64,000 bases of DNA. Source: Lama glama (Eukaryota). The translations under genes were made by a program, and so were the position numbers. Shown in pieces: positions 50,600 through 63,500 of this stretch (position 1 is the stretch's first letter; every line of letters starts with the position of its first letter). The stretch covers positions 46,812,001 through 46,876,000 of the forward strand of contig CM052817.1 of assembly GCA_028534125.1 (NCBI GenBank), given 5' to 3'. Below the pieces are notes generated by a model. It was not told where the DNA came from. It did not search any database and saw only the letters and a program-made list of their open reading frames with translations.

Positions 50600-51900
50600 C
50601 CCTGTACTCTCTAAAGTAATCTTTTGTTTGCAAGTATGAACAGATGGAGATAATCAGACAAGTGAGGAGAATGAAGATGGAAGAGGATTAAAATGAATAA
50701 AAGAACAACTGACCTCATAATTCAGAAGAAAACTTCAAAGAAAAACTAATATGTATTTTACTAAGATTTAACAAGTTATAATGATTAATCATAGTTTCAC
50801 TGAAAAGGGGGCAGAGAACCAGAAAAGGTTTTGAAAATTATGAAGAAAAATTTTAATGGCTGGGTTAAATAACAGTTTAGCCTCAATCAAGACTTAGTTG
50901 TTGATTTGGAGCTAAAGAGGAGGAGCTCTGTGCATATGAAGAAGAAGAAAAAAAAGATCCGGAAAAATTGAGAGAAAAAGAGGTGTGGAAAATACATCAC
51001 AAAGTTTTATATCCATAAACATGAATTCTAGAAGTACAGAACAGGAAAGTGGGAAGCAGAATACTATTGAAGAAATAATTGAAGAAAATTTCATGTGTTG
51101 GAGAAAGGTAATGAATTTCACATTGAAAGAACCTATCTAGTACCATGCAGGATGAATGGAAAAAGATCGATCTGCATCTAGACACATCTGGTAAAAGTTC
51201 AGAACTCTGAGCATAAAAAGAAAATCCTCCATTACTGCCAGAGAGAGGAAATAAAAAATGGAAAATCAAATAACTGACTCTTCAAGCAGCCATGCTGAGT
51301 GCTTGAAGACAGTGAAGTGGTGTTTTCATCATTTGGGGGAAAATAGATTTGGGCCTAATTTTTTTATACTTAACCATACTCTTTATCATATGAGGATGAG
51401 TACATTTTTACGCTTAGAAAAACTATGTACCTTATATGAAAATATTTAAGACACTATAGTGCAAAGAAAAATACAGTCCAAGATAGAGGATATGGTGGTA
51501 GGTCAATGTCAGGGGAAGGAAACTGATAGCTACAGAGGCAGTCTGGTCCTTCAAAAAAAACTAAAGAAAACTAGAAGAAAATTCAAGAATGTCATTACTC
51601 TTAGCATACATGGACAGTTTTGTTTAAACCAATAATGTCCAAATGATATAAAATTACATTTCCTTCAGTGGTTAGTATTTACCTAGTCACGTTATAAATG
51701 GACTTAATTAATTTTTAGTTTTTAGAATCAACCTAAAAGATATATAAAATAAACATAATTATATTTATGAAGTAGTTAAGGAGTATAGTTACAAACTTTT
51801 ATAATGTAAAAATAATACAGCCTATAAAATTAGGAGTAGAAAACAATGAAGCAATGTTCATTTTTCAATGCTAAGTCCATAGATAGCACATAAATTGATA
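50600..51900 (+). mobile_element. L1 ORF1-like relic without ORF2 (HAL1-like)
   Basis: attgaagaaataattgaagaaaatttc (IEEIIEENF), attgaaaga, ctagacacatctggtaaaagttcagaac...aaaaagaaaatcct match the L1 ORF1 RRM/CTD pattern; no ORF2 motifs seen downstream. Confidence 0.6.
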
Positions 51901-53664
51901 AATCAAGCAACAGAAGTAAAGTGACATTGGAAGTTAAGCTGGTAAACACATTAGATGTTTGTTAATATAACAATGTATTGCCATTTTGATGCAGGCGAGT
52001 AACAAAAAAGACTTATTGTTCGTCTCTTGGCTTTGTGGCCTTTGAACTTTTGAAAAAACCCGCTTTCATGCGTTGCATTTATAATATTAAAAAGATTGCA
52101 GATGTGCTGCATTTACCTACTTAGGTAATAAAGTTTACTTATAAAGTGACATTCCAGGGTCACATGAATTTTAGAAACTATGTGAGGTAGAAATAGGGGG
52201 ACACATGAGGATTAATTCCTGGAAATTGGAAAGTTGCATAGAATACAAATGTGAATATTTTAATGTAGGATGCATAATTATTGACTGGCATACACTCTTT
52301 ATTTTGTATGTAAATTCCTGAATCCTTCCTATGATTCTTTTTTAAAAAAATGTTTATCATTAAAAATTCGGGTGTATGGGAAAATTCTGAGTTCTTCCCG
52401 CTAGTGCCTCTAAATAAGATGACATTTTCTCTTACGTACTGGGATTACCTACTGGTTTGTCCATAAGGAAGTCATGTGATCAAGAAGAGCCACAGCTACT
52501 GGAGGCAGGGTATATATTCTGGAAGAACTGGAAGAAGGAAGATGGACATAGAAATGGCCTTTTTTTAAGCCTTCCTAAACATGGAACTCATATTACGTCC
52601 CTAGCTGGACAATATATGTTGAATGAAAGAAGTTTTATTTTGATGCCACTTCAACTTAAAAATAGGTTAGCATCCTGTTTCTGCTGTACATAGGTAAAAT
52701 GTTTTTTGCTTAGCTTAGCTTTAGGAGTGTAGCATCATAAACATTTTTTGGGAAGCAGATATCTAATTGTATGTTTTTCAGATTTGATTTTAAAAATCAT
52801 AAAATCTTATGCTATTTTATGACTTCAAATATTAAAAGTGTAAGCTGCAAAAGATGCTAAGACCTAGGTACTTTACCTATAATGATTCCGCTTAAATTAT
52901 ACATAGTATTCTAAGCAAGCTGGAGTGTTAAAAACAAAAAATAAAAACAAGTTTTACAGATGTATACCCTTAAAATAACAAAGCACTTGACTGGAAATTG
53001 TGGAATTGGTATAAGAGGGAAGTGGTTTACTTGAACATACAAAAACAAGTATTAAGTGTAAAATTATATCTGGCAGTTAATTGTGCTTTTAAACATTTTG
53101 TAAGTGATTAGTTTTTCAGTGCCTACTCTTGAAACAATATTAACTACCTTTACTGAGACATTGGTATATATGTTCTTGAAGAGGATGAGAATTGTTAAGT
53201 AATTCTAAAATTAGTTGACTCTTAAGAAATTTGTGAGGGAGCTGTTGAAAGATATGAATATGGGTTAAATTTGATATCATAAAACATACTAGTGATTTCA
53301 TAAAACATACTAGTATTTATCTATTACACACATGAAAAGTTTATATTAACTTTTGTTTTCTTATATTGTGTTGGCTTTTGTTGGAGATTTGGTAGTAAAA
53401 CTGGATATCTGAAATTTGTGGAGGAAGTTGAAAGTAATGGTAATATTGCTGTTTTGTGAAACATCCTTATGATGACCAAAGAGTCACAGTTACATTGAAT
53501 GAAATCAGTATTGCTTTATGTGTGTATGTGTATGAGGTTTGTGTTGGAATCCTATCTATATTTGAAACGTCACAGTTATGCTCTGAGATTCTCCTTTTGT
53601 GACAGCCCCTGAAGATCCTCTATCTCTGGTCAGGCTCAAGTTAGTGGAAAAGGGAATGGTGCTC

Positions 53665-53728
53665 CAAATTTGGGAGGTGAATGTTCTCTAAAAACAATAA
53701 ATATCTTATCAATTTTATATGCATAGAA
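53665..53728. repeat. 64-bp dispersed direct repeat, copy 1
   Basis: 63/64 identical to 54412-54475. Confidence 0.95.
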
Positions 53729-54411
53729 ACTATTGTGAGACACTTTTGCAATTTTTGACCTAGCCTTTTGAGGATATAGACAATTAATGTAGTACATTTC
53801 TTAGGAGATGGAACTATGAGTCTGGAAAAGTACTTGCAGTAATTGCTTGCAGGCAAAGAATCCAAGATTTGTCATGAATAGATTAGGCTAGAAATAGCAG
53901 ACATCATGAGAAACCAGACTGATTGGAGCTTGTTGTCTGCAATTCCAGACCATCAGGCAACCATAGAAGGAATTGAGATTGCATGGTTACTTGGGTGGTT
54001 TTTACATCCTGATTATTTCCCATGCCTTTGATACTATCTTAAATGAGTTACCTGGAGCTGTTTCTTAAGTCTCCTAGAGTAGGACAGTTGTCCTTCAGGA
54101 GGGTGGTAGAAATTGATGACTCAAAAAAATTGGCTTTGGACTTAAGTTTTCTCTCATAATTGTTTTTTTTCCCCCAGTCTCTCTACTCTCCCCACCTCTG
54201 GTGGGTAGTGGGGGGTGGTTTGGGTGTAGGGGGTGTATTTCTTTTTGTTAATAGATACTTGTTGCTTTGGAGCAGAAGACAGTTAATGGTTGCTGACCAA
54301 ATTGAAAGTGCCATTCTATCAGTATCTTTAGCCTATTAAAAAAAACATTGAAATATATTATTTCTATTATATATGTACTTGTTTTTATTTTTATTTGAAG
54401 TGTTGTACAGA

Positions 54412-54475
54412 CAAATTTGGGAGGTGAATGTTCTCTAAAAACAATAAATATCTAATCAATTTTATATGCATAGAA
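54412..54475. repeat. 64-bp dispersed direct repeat, copy 2
   Basis: 63/64 identical to 53665-53728. Confidence 0.95.
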
Positions 54476-55399
54476 CCTTTTGGGAATACTAGAAAAGAAT
54501 GAATTCATGTTGTGACCCATCATGAGTAGAGACAACAAATGCAAGTGTCCAATAGACACAACTGTTATTAGAGATGTGAATGGAGGGAAATCTTCTTTTT
54601 TACCTTGCTTAGTATATTACTTGTATTTGTATTCAGTTTTACCCATAGGACACATTGGAGGAAATACTTGTTCAAATATAATAATACTTTTGTACTGTTC
54701 TAAGTGGAGTTTGGGGTTTTATTTATTAGTTGGATTAAAGAAAAATGGAAAGGAACTACATATCAGAGAAGATGAAAAAAACCATTGAAGATTTTGATTT
54801 TAAACTTTGTCAAGAATCAGGATCAAGTTTTTCCAGATTACAGACTCTTGAAGGTAGACTAACTTTGTCATTCTATATCCATTGTGTAGTATAAAGCTTG
54901 TCACCTAGTAAGCACTCAGTAAATATTTATATAAATGAATGATCAAAATGCTAAGTATGATCTTTCAAAAAAAGTTTATTAGGGCTTTTTTATGATATTA
55001 GCCTTGAGAAAATTTATTTACGCAATAAATACCCTCCCTCACATTTAGAATTCACCTCTGGATGGCCTTTGATTTTATTTATGAAGTTACAATTTTATAC
55101 ATCCTTACTTAATCCTTTGTTACCTAAGCCTTTTTGGTATTCCTGTACATAGCTGGAAGCCTGTCCAAACAGTTAACATTTATTTTGGAGGTTCTGGTGA
55201 AGGTTTAATCATTCTTATTTTTAAATATTATCAAAATCAGACCTGAAATGTATGTCAAGAAGCTGAGATAGAAGCTCTTGAGTGCTCTTTGTCTTAACAA
55301 AAGCTGCTTATATGTGGCCCTATCTTCTTCTTAGTCTGCATTCCATTTTTTTCCAATAATGATGGAAGAATTTAGAATTTTATACTTTATAAACAAGTT

Positions 55400-55549
55400 T
55401 ATACTCTATGTAGCACCGGGAACTATATTCAATATCTTGTAGTAACCTACAATGAAAATGAATATATGTATGTATATGTATGACTGAACTATTATGCAGT
55501 ACACCAGAAATTGACACATTGTAAACAGATTATACTTCAATAAAAAAAT
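55400..55549 (+). mobile_element. Short 5'-truncated L1 3' end
   Basis: tagcaccgggaactatattcaatatcttgtagtaacct...gtacaccagaaattgacacattgtaaa...tatacttcaataaaaaaa; imperfect TSD gaatttt(t)at(a/g)cttta. Confidence 0.85.
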
Positions 55550-56079
55550 GAATTTTATGCTTTAAAAAGGAATAGTTTGAAATAAATGTAGAAGGCAAAC
55601 AAATACATACCCAAAAGTATCTTATTGATTTAGATTAGTGAGTATATACCCAAAGAATTCTGGATCTTTACAATACTAAATTCTGGCAGAAACGTCACAG
55701 TTTACTAACTTAAAGAATCCATTAAGCTTAGATGGAAATCCATATTTAGCAGAAGTAGACTTTTTAAAAGGGTGGATTATTTGACTCTCCATTCTTCTCT
55801 CTTCTTTAATTGCATGCATATAGATAGAATCTACATTGTGGCTTTTTTTTTTTAAGGTAAATAAGTTCTTTATCTGTCAGGGAATGAATGTGATTTTTTT
55901 GATAAGGAGGCAGAAGTTATAATAAGAGGAGGTGTAACTCTCTTTGAAATTCCTTGAAAAGTGGAAATGATGAAGGGGGTAGGAATAAAGCTAGGTACAT
56001 GTTTTGAAACTGATAATGATTTCTGATCTGGGTTTTTTAAAATAGACTTTGTATTATTAATACTTTTTATTTGCAGGGA

Positions 56080-56620
56080 AACAGGTAGTCTCATTCACTG
56101 TCAGGGTATTAATTCAATTTTAGGGGGCAGTTTGGTAACAAAGTTTTAAATGCGTATACCCTTCAAGAAATGTACCATACAGTTCTATACAGGCATGTGC
56201 AGACTGTATGTGCCCCTTAATTAGGCATTTTCCTTGCAGCATTATGAAATACTGAAGCAACACAAATGTCCATGAAAAGGGAACTAATTAATGATTGAAT
56301 AAATTGTAGTACAGTTTTTTAGTGAAAATTTGAGCAACTATCAAAATCAAAGAGAGAGATATACATACTAATCTGAAATAATTATCATGGAGTATTAAAC
56401 TTAAAAAATAGGGATGCAGAAAAGTATGTACAATATACTTACATTTGTATTAAAAATATATGCTTCATATATGTAGGTTATTTCTGGAAGAATGCCCTAA
56501 CTAGTTGTGCCTTTTAAGGGTTTGTGAGAGATAGGTTTACTTTTGCCTGTATTCTCTTTTATACACGAGTGTTTTTTCCATGTATGTGTATTACAGATAA
56601 AAACCATAGTTGGGAAAAAA
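56080..56620 (+). mobile_element. Old L1ME-type 3' fragment
   Basis: gggcagtttggtaac...aaatgcgtataccctt...gcagcatt...aaatgtccatgaaaagggaact...aataaattgtagtac. Confidence 0.65.
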
Positions 56621-58629
56621 AAAAGTAATCTATGATGGTAATGAAAGGAATATTACTGTGCTACATTAAACATATATCTAGAACCCTCAGTCATATTATG
56701 GCATGATTGGTTTAGGAGAAATATAAGGTAAATTCATGGGGATAGTGTTACTTTAATAACATAAAAAGGCTATCAGAAATTTGACCAGATTGTGTTAGCC
56801 TTTTAATTTAAATTCTATTTAACTCTTTAATATCTGTATCTCATTTATGTATCTCATTTGGTCCAGGGTATTTCACACTTCTGCTAAAATTTAACTTACA
56901 AAGTAGAAAAGAGAAAAATAGACATATTATAATGACTACATTTCATGCTTTTTGAGACAAGAAATTGTTTCATATTTTGTTTTTCTAGTAGTTTGCTTTT
57001 ATGTAGGTGGGTGAAATAATTAAATTTATGCTGCAGCCAGTTATTTCTCCTTGTTTTGTTTGAAAATGTTGGTTTTGAAAAATCTTGCCCTTCCCTAAGT
57101 AGAAAAAAAAAATTGATGGGAATGGAACTTCTTTACAAGGAATATTTGATTGAAAATAAAAGTTTTATGTGGGAGAATAAACATTAACAAAACTTTAAAT
57201 CATACAAAATAGGATTTCTTGTTTGTCAACATATTTCTTTGTATGTGTGTTTGGTTTTCTTGTTCCTTGTTCAGAGAAATCAGTGCTGGTCCTAAATAAA
57301 ATTGTAAATTTTAGAAGATTCCTTCATCTCTTCTTGACATTTATTGAGCTTCTTCTGTCCTTCCCCACCACCCCTTTTTTATGGGAGGCTTTTCTCTTCA
57401 CTTTGGACATTTGAATCATCTTATTTTAATAAGTATTTTCTATATGATTTAAGTTACCTACATGTGTTGGTTTACGTTTGTTTGCATGCAGTTAGTGCAT
57501 TAATTACTGTTTACACTTTAATGCTTTGCCATTGGCAAAAATAAAAAAAAAATTGAAATCCATTTTAGGCAAATGGGAAAATAGGGTTTTTTGCCTAGAA
57601 ATTGAGGTTGAACTAGAAAGAAGGTGACTTAATTTTTGGATGTAGGGTCTTATGGCAGGTGTATATGAATCTTCTTTCACCCTTTTACCCAGAATATCGT
57701 ATGCTGTGGCATAGATCATCATATTAACAAAAGAACCAGAATATAAAATTAAAAGGAAATAATTATTTTACTGTATAACAGAGAATTATAGAAATTCTCA
57801 AATGTAGATTCTGTTTATATTTAATATTTTTAATATCTTATTTAAGTGACCTAAAGATAATAGTCACAGAACAAATGTTTTTGTCATCGGAAATAATTCC
57901 TAGTGGTAGCAGTAATAAGGGGTTAGGATACATAACTGGATATCAGATGATTCCTTTATTCATGCAATCGTGCAATTGTTGTTTAATCAACAAATACTTA
58001 AGTACATGCTCTGTGTCAAAGACTCTGCTGGTCCTGGGTATACATTGGCAAAAGAAGTGTTGTCTGCTTTCATCAACCTTGTGATCCGTAAGGAAGAGAC
58101 ATGATAAATGGTATATAACCATTTATAATTCCGCAAGAAAGCCATAATCACATATTTATTAGTGAAAACAGTAAATGTCAGAAAGTAGAAGCACCGTGTA
58201 ATCCTAGAACGAGGGAAGGAGAGAGTGAATGATTTGATTGACTTGAACCTTGGGTGCCTGATATCTTGTCAAAGTTAGAAAGTCTATTCTTGATTTATGA
58301 GAATAAAGAATACTTCAACGTGTGAGTTCCTTGAACTCATACCTATCTTTACTTGCTTCTGTTGGAAAAAGGTTTGAGAAAGAGAAACATTGTTGATGAC
58401 TTCTCTTAATCTAAAGAAGAAACAATTTATTTGGAGCTGGAAGTCAGAAAATAGTAAGAGCAGGTTTGCTAATTCTTCATAAGCTGTGCCGTAACAATGG
58501 ACATTGTTTTGTTTGAGAAGCCTCCAAATGCCAGACATACCCATACATAAATGTAAGCATTGCATATGGACTGAGTGAAGAGGTTATTTTAAATATCATT
58601 TGTTTTCCATTAATTTCACACATCCTTTG

Positions 58630-59090
58630 GAGTCAGACTATATGAGTTTGAATGCCATCTACGCTATATAACTCTGTGTACAGTCTGAGACTTGATTTCC
58701 TCATCTGTAAAATGAGGATTATATCACCTGAAGGAAGTATAGTATATGGTTCAGAGGACAGACTCAATTGGAGCCAAGTGCCTGAGTTCAAATCTTATCT
58801 CTTTAACTTAGTTTAGTGGGGAGTAAATTGATTAAGTTGCTTAATCTCTCAGTACCTCAGTTTCCACGTGTGTGGAATGGAGATAATAAGAGTATCTAAT
58901 AGTACCTTTCTTTTAGGATTATTGTGAAAAGTAAATGAGTTAATATATATAATGCACTTAAAATGGTCTATGGCATATAGTAAGCACAGTGTAATTATTA
59001 ATGTTACAGTTTTTAATTGTCATGTAGGGTATTGCGAAGGTTAAATAACATGTTTATTTTAAAAATAACTCATATTGCCTGACACAGTAA
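58630..59090 (+). mobile_element. Nested MIR SINEs (one MIR at ~58735-59000 inside another)
   Basis: Two MIR cores: tggagtcagac...tttcctcatctgtaaaatgagg, then cctgagttcaaatc...cctcagtttcc...ggagataataa...ggcatatagtaagcac, then resumption tagggtattgcgaaggttaaataa...cctgacacagtaag. Confidence 0.7.
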
Positions 59091-60526
59091 GGATGTCTCC
59101 TACATATCAGAAACTGAGTAAAAGATACTTTATTTGATTTACTCTTCATATGAGCCTGTTAAGAAATTTTATGTGTCTTATTGACCATACCTACCTAGGA
59201 CTGTTTTTGATACACAGTAGATAATCCATGTTGAATGAATGTTATCCCTTTTTACAGATAAATAACCTAAGGCCCAAGAGAGTTACATCATCTTTTTCTA
59301 CTAAAACATGGCATCACTTTGAGGAGACATTACTGAAAAGGCCATTCATAGTGTCACTTAGCTGAGATTTAACCATATGTGTTAATAATAACTCCCTCCT
59401 CTAATTTCTCCCTGTCTTTTCCCTTTCCTTTAAAAAAATTCATTTTCTTTAGTTAGGTTAGGAAAATTTAGACTAGAATGTTCACCCTAGAGTTGTGATT
59501 AGATTGGTTAATCTGCACATTAGGGGGTCACTTCAAATTCAGTTTGTATGGCACTCTTACCAGTACAGGGTTATTTTGTTAATACTGCAGAGCATAAAAC
59601 ATTGTTCCTTTCCCATTGCATTTTTTCCTATTCGAGATTACATAAGGAAATTTGACAAAGTGACAAATTTTACTAAAGTAAGGATAAATTACACTAATAA
59701 ATATAAAATTGGCTGTGTTGTCAGTCATGAGTTTATTTGCTATTTAATGATCCAGAAGCAATGTTTCTGAATTTCATTCACCTGAAATGTTACAGTCTCT
59801 TATAGTACTTATGATAAAGAGGAAAAAAGACCATTTCTTTGATTAGTAAATGAAGTTAAAGGCATTCCTAGAAAATGAATTTAACTGGTGTGTTATGGCT
59901 TGCTTCAATGATTATAAGTCTGATGAATGTTATTGTCATTCTCTTAGATATTTCCAAACAGATTAGTTTATAGAAAACCAGTTTACCATTAAAAACAACT
60001 ACATTGAATTATTATTTTTGACATCCTCAAGTCAACACCTGTAATGTATGTATTATATAATGCATATGCCTGAGGCAACAAATTCCTAATTTGGCATTAC
60101 CTTGCCTCCTTTGTGTATTTAATACAGCCATTAATCTCACTACAAGGCTTTACTAAGGATAAATTGCTACGTAACCCACTTCAACCTCTTTTGTTCAACC
60201 AGGGAGCCAGACGTGTTTAAATAGCTTTTTAAAAAATACATCATTTTTTTTTGAAATTTTAGGATTTTATAGTTTGAAGTGGTAAAATAGGAGACTTCAT
60301 CTTTTTTGTCTGTTGAAATTACTTGACAGAAGTTTGCTTTGGAATAGAGCTTCTGTATCTTTAAAAAATACACAGTGAGTCACCCCCCTGCTCTTTTGGT
60401 AGATGCCTGGCTAGTGAACAGCTAAGCTGCTTTAGGCATGTAATAGAACATTCCATTTCCTGTTCCCTTGCTGACACAGAGGAGTGTTCCTGCTGGCAAT
60501 GATCTAATCATAGTGCAGTAAGAAAC

Positions 60527-60538
60527 ATGGCAGTTTGA
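60527..60538 (+). promoter_or_regulatory. Minimal uORF (Met-Ala-Val-stop) upstream of the alternative ANKRD17 start
   Basis: aaacATGGCAGTTTGAtaa with strong Kozak context, ending 6 nt before the main ATG at 60545. Confidence 0.55.
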
Positions 60539-60544
60539 TAAAAC

Positions 60545-60598
60545 ATGGTGGAGACAGCGGCTGAAATGGAAGCATATGTTCTAGAAGACATTCTTGAG
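60545..60598 (+). CDS. ANKRD17: Alternative first coding exon of ANKRD17 (MVETAAEMEAYVLEDILE), phase-0 donor
   Basis: aaacATGG strong Kozak, 18 open codons, donor GAG|GTAGGG in the same phase as exon 1; matches my recollection of a shorter human ANKRD17 isoform N-terminus. Confidence 0.8.
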
Positions 60599-63500
60599 GT
60601 AGGGCTAGGTTTGTAAATGAAATGAAAGTTGAAATCTGAACAAAGGAATCTTATCTGTCGGAATTATTTTACAGATGAATAGATTAGAGGAGAGAGCATA
60701 GAGAGGCAGAGCATAAAAGCAAGATACGGTCAGACCTTATTCCATGTGAGAATGTGCCAGTCTGTTTCACATGATTACTAAACAAGTCTAGAATTATTTT
60801 GTTTAAACTTCATGTTTTGTAAATTGTAGATATATGTTTGATAGGAAATAAAAAGAAAGGGGGCCTCGGACTTAATAAAAACCCTTGTGCTAGTGTTGAC
60901 CTTTAGATTAACTCATTAGAAGGTGGGGTCTGCAAAGCAGCTTTGAGTAGGTTTAGTATCTTGTGTCTTAGAATTCATTTACATATCTAAGCCTGAAACT
61001 CTGCTTGCAGTTAACTGTTAAAAACAGCTTGTTATTTTAGTTTCTCGGGTAAAATTAAGCATATATATCAGTCTAATTGCTTAATTTAGCTGGTACATTC
61101 TGATTCTAGGTTTTTCGTGTGACTTTATTACAAAATACATTATTAAATTAAAGATTAAAAGACTAAAATTTAAGGCACTAATGCTTGAGACTCACAAAAA
61201 TCTACATTTTGAGTCATGAGAATTTTAAATTGTATTTTCTCTTTTTTTCCTGTTTGTGTTAGTTTTATAGAACCTATTTGAGTATAAATCAGTTCAAGGA
61301 AATACATGTCAAAGTGGAACTATAATTGGTTTTGGCCTTGGATGTAGTATACCATCAGACGTTTGTATTTATAGGTATAGATATATTTAAATCTTGTTTT
61401 CTTATCTTTGGGGTTGTAGTGTTTTTCCCCCTCATTAAGGAAAAAACTGGCTAATTTTCATGATGGTTTCATTATGGTGAGTGGTATTTCTAATACTTAG
61501 ACTGTTAAGATAACTTATTAAATATTTTACTACCTTCAGGAAGAGATTTTATTAGGGGAAGAGAGGGCTTGAGAGAATAAGCTGCAAAGGGAAGCTAGGC
61601 GGGGTTAACAGAAGAAAAAAGCCTATGCGCATTATAAAGTGCTGCATGATCAATGAGCATTTTCTGGAGTCCCTCAGTGTGTGCTTGGAGCTGACATTGC
61701 AGCAAGTCTCATGGTTGTTCTGCAGAATGAAAACTGATTCCATTGTATTATCTAGCTCCTTGCAGACACCTGCCAACGTACTCTTTTCTCCTCTCTTAAG
61801 AACTTATTGTCTGAGTAGAATTCTGTGGTTAATTTCCATTCTTTTCCTCTTTTTTTTAAAATTTCGATATTAGTGAGTTTTCTTAGAAATGGTATGGTGA
61901 ATTATCTACTTAGAAATAGTGATACATACTTTAATCAAAGAACTTCAGTAATTAGGAGTAGTCACATGACTAGTGATTCAGATTAAACGAGTCTATAAAG
62001 TTGTAGTGGGACATTTTTGTTTGCTTTTTAAAAATTTTGCTTTATATTTTAAAAGAAGTGTGCGTTATAGATTTAAGTAAATTTATTTGACATTTTCTTT
62101 GGTCACTTAAAATTTCAGCATATAACAGATTTTAGAAGTCTTATTTATTTTCTGGGGAGAACCCACTTGGACATAGTTTTGTGCCTTAAGTATAGGTTTT
62201 TCTAATGCTATCTTAAAAATTGGTTTTTCATTATTTCCACTAAAATGTTAAACTTGTTTAATATCATGTTAAGATTTTATATTACCTAGTTTGTTCATAG
62301 TTACTAGTTAGTTACTAAGGTTATTTTACCCCTGTAATTTTAATTGTTCATCCTGATATTCAATCGCTCTTAATTTGGTTCCTATATACCTGTCACATTA
62401 AACCATACTAAGTGAGTAATTTTCTCTTTATTAGTATTATTTGATTTAACTGAGTATCTGTCAGTTATTGGCAGACTAGAAGTGAACATTTTCCAGGTGG
62501 TAATAAAATATACTTCTTTTCCAAAATTGAAAGTACTCATAATGACCAGGTGCTAACAATAACAGTTTAAAGAGGATAAACTTGCTAACTCTGAAGCTAA
62601 ATGTACTGTTTTATAAAGTACCTCATATTGCAAGTGAATAGATACATATTATACATTGAGCTTTCTAGAAAAAAATTGTAATGGGTTAACTCCTTGTATA
62701 AATGTCCAGTAATGAATAATGAAATTCATCTATATACCACAGTGATAGTTTTATTACTGTGTCTAATACTGAGCTATTTGAAGTTTGTCACCATAATATT
62801 CATCTTTATGATTTTATTTATTGAGTATCTGGAGTTTTATGTGAATTTGTTTATTTACATTAAACATTGGATTCTTTCTATTTTTTCTGCCTTTGAATTT
62901 AACTTGGTTTTTTGAACGATACATTTTTTAAAGGTACTTTTATTTAAATCTTAATAAAAAGAAAATTAAAATCAGTATCATCAGTGAATTAGTGCAGCTT
63001 AATTCTAATAATGCTATCATTTGCCTTTTAATTGGTGACTGTTTATTATATATACCTGTGTGTATTTAACCTAAATTTTTAGATGATAACCAACATCTTA
63101 ATTAAAATATTATAAGTTACTAAAACTTATAATAAAACTGGAAAAGACTGATACCAGTTTATATGATTGCTTCTCAGTTATCCAGTAATGGTAATGGACT
63201 TAATAGAATAACTGGTTTATTTTAATTATCCAAATAATCCAGTCAGTAAAATCTTCTCCAAACCAAAGTAGTCAAAATGTTTCTTGTCCTTTTGCCCACC
63301 TTAACTAATGCTCAAGAAAATGGTCAAATACAGATGATAGAAAAGGCCTAGGAGCCTATATGAATATCTCTTTTTTTGTATAGCTTATGTTATTTTTGCT
63401 GAGACATAATTGTAATTTTAGAATTTTGATGTTCTTCCTCTAAGTTATATGTAATAATAGATCTTAGTACTTAGAAAGCTCAAAAAGAAAAAGTCCTCCA

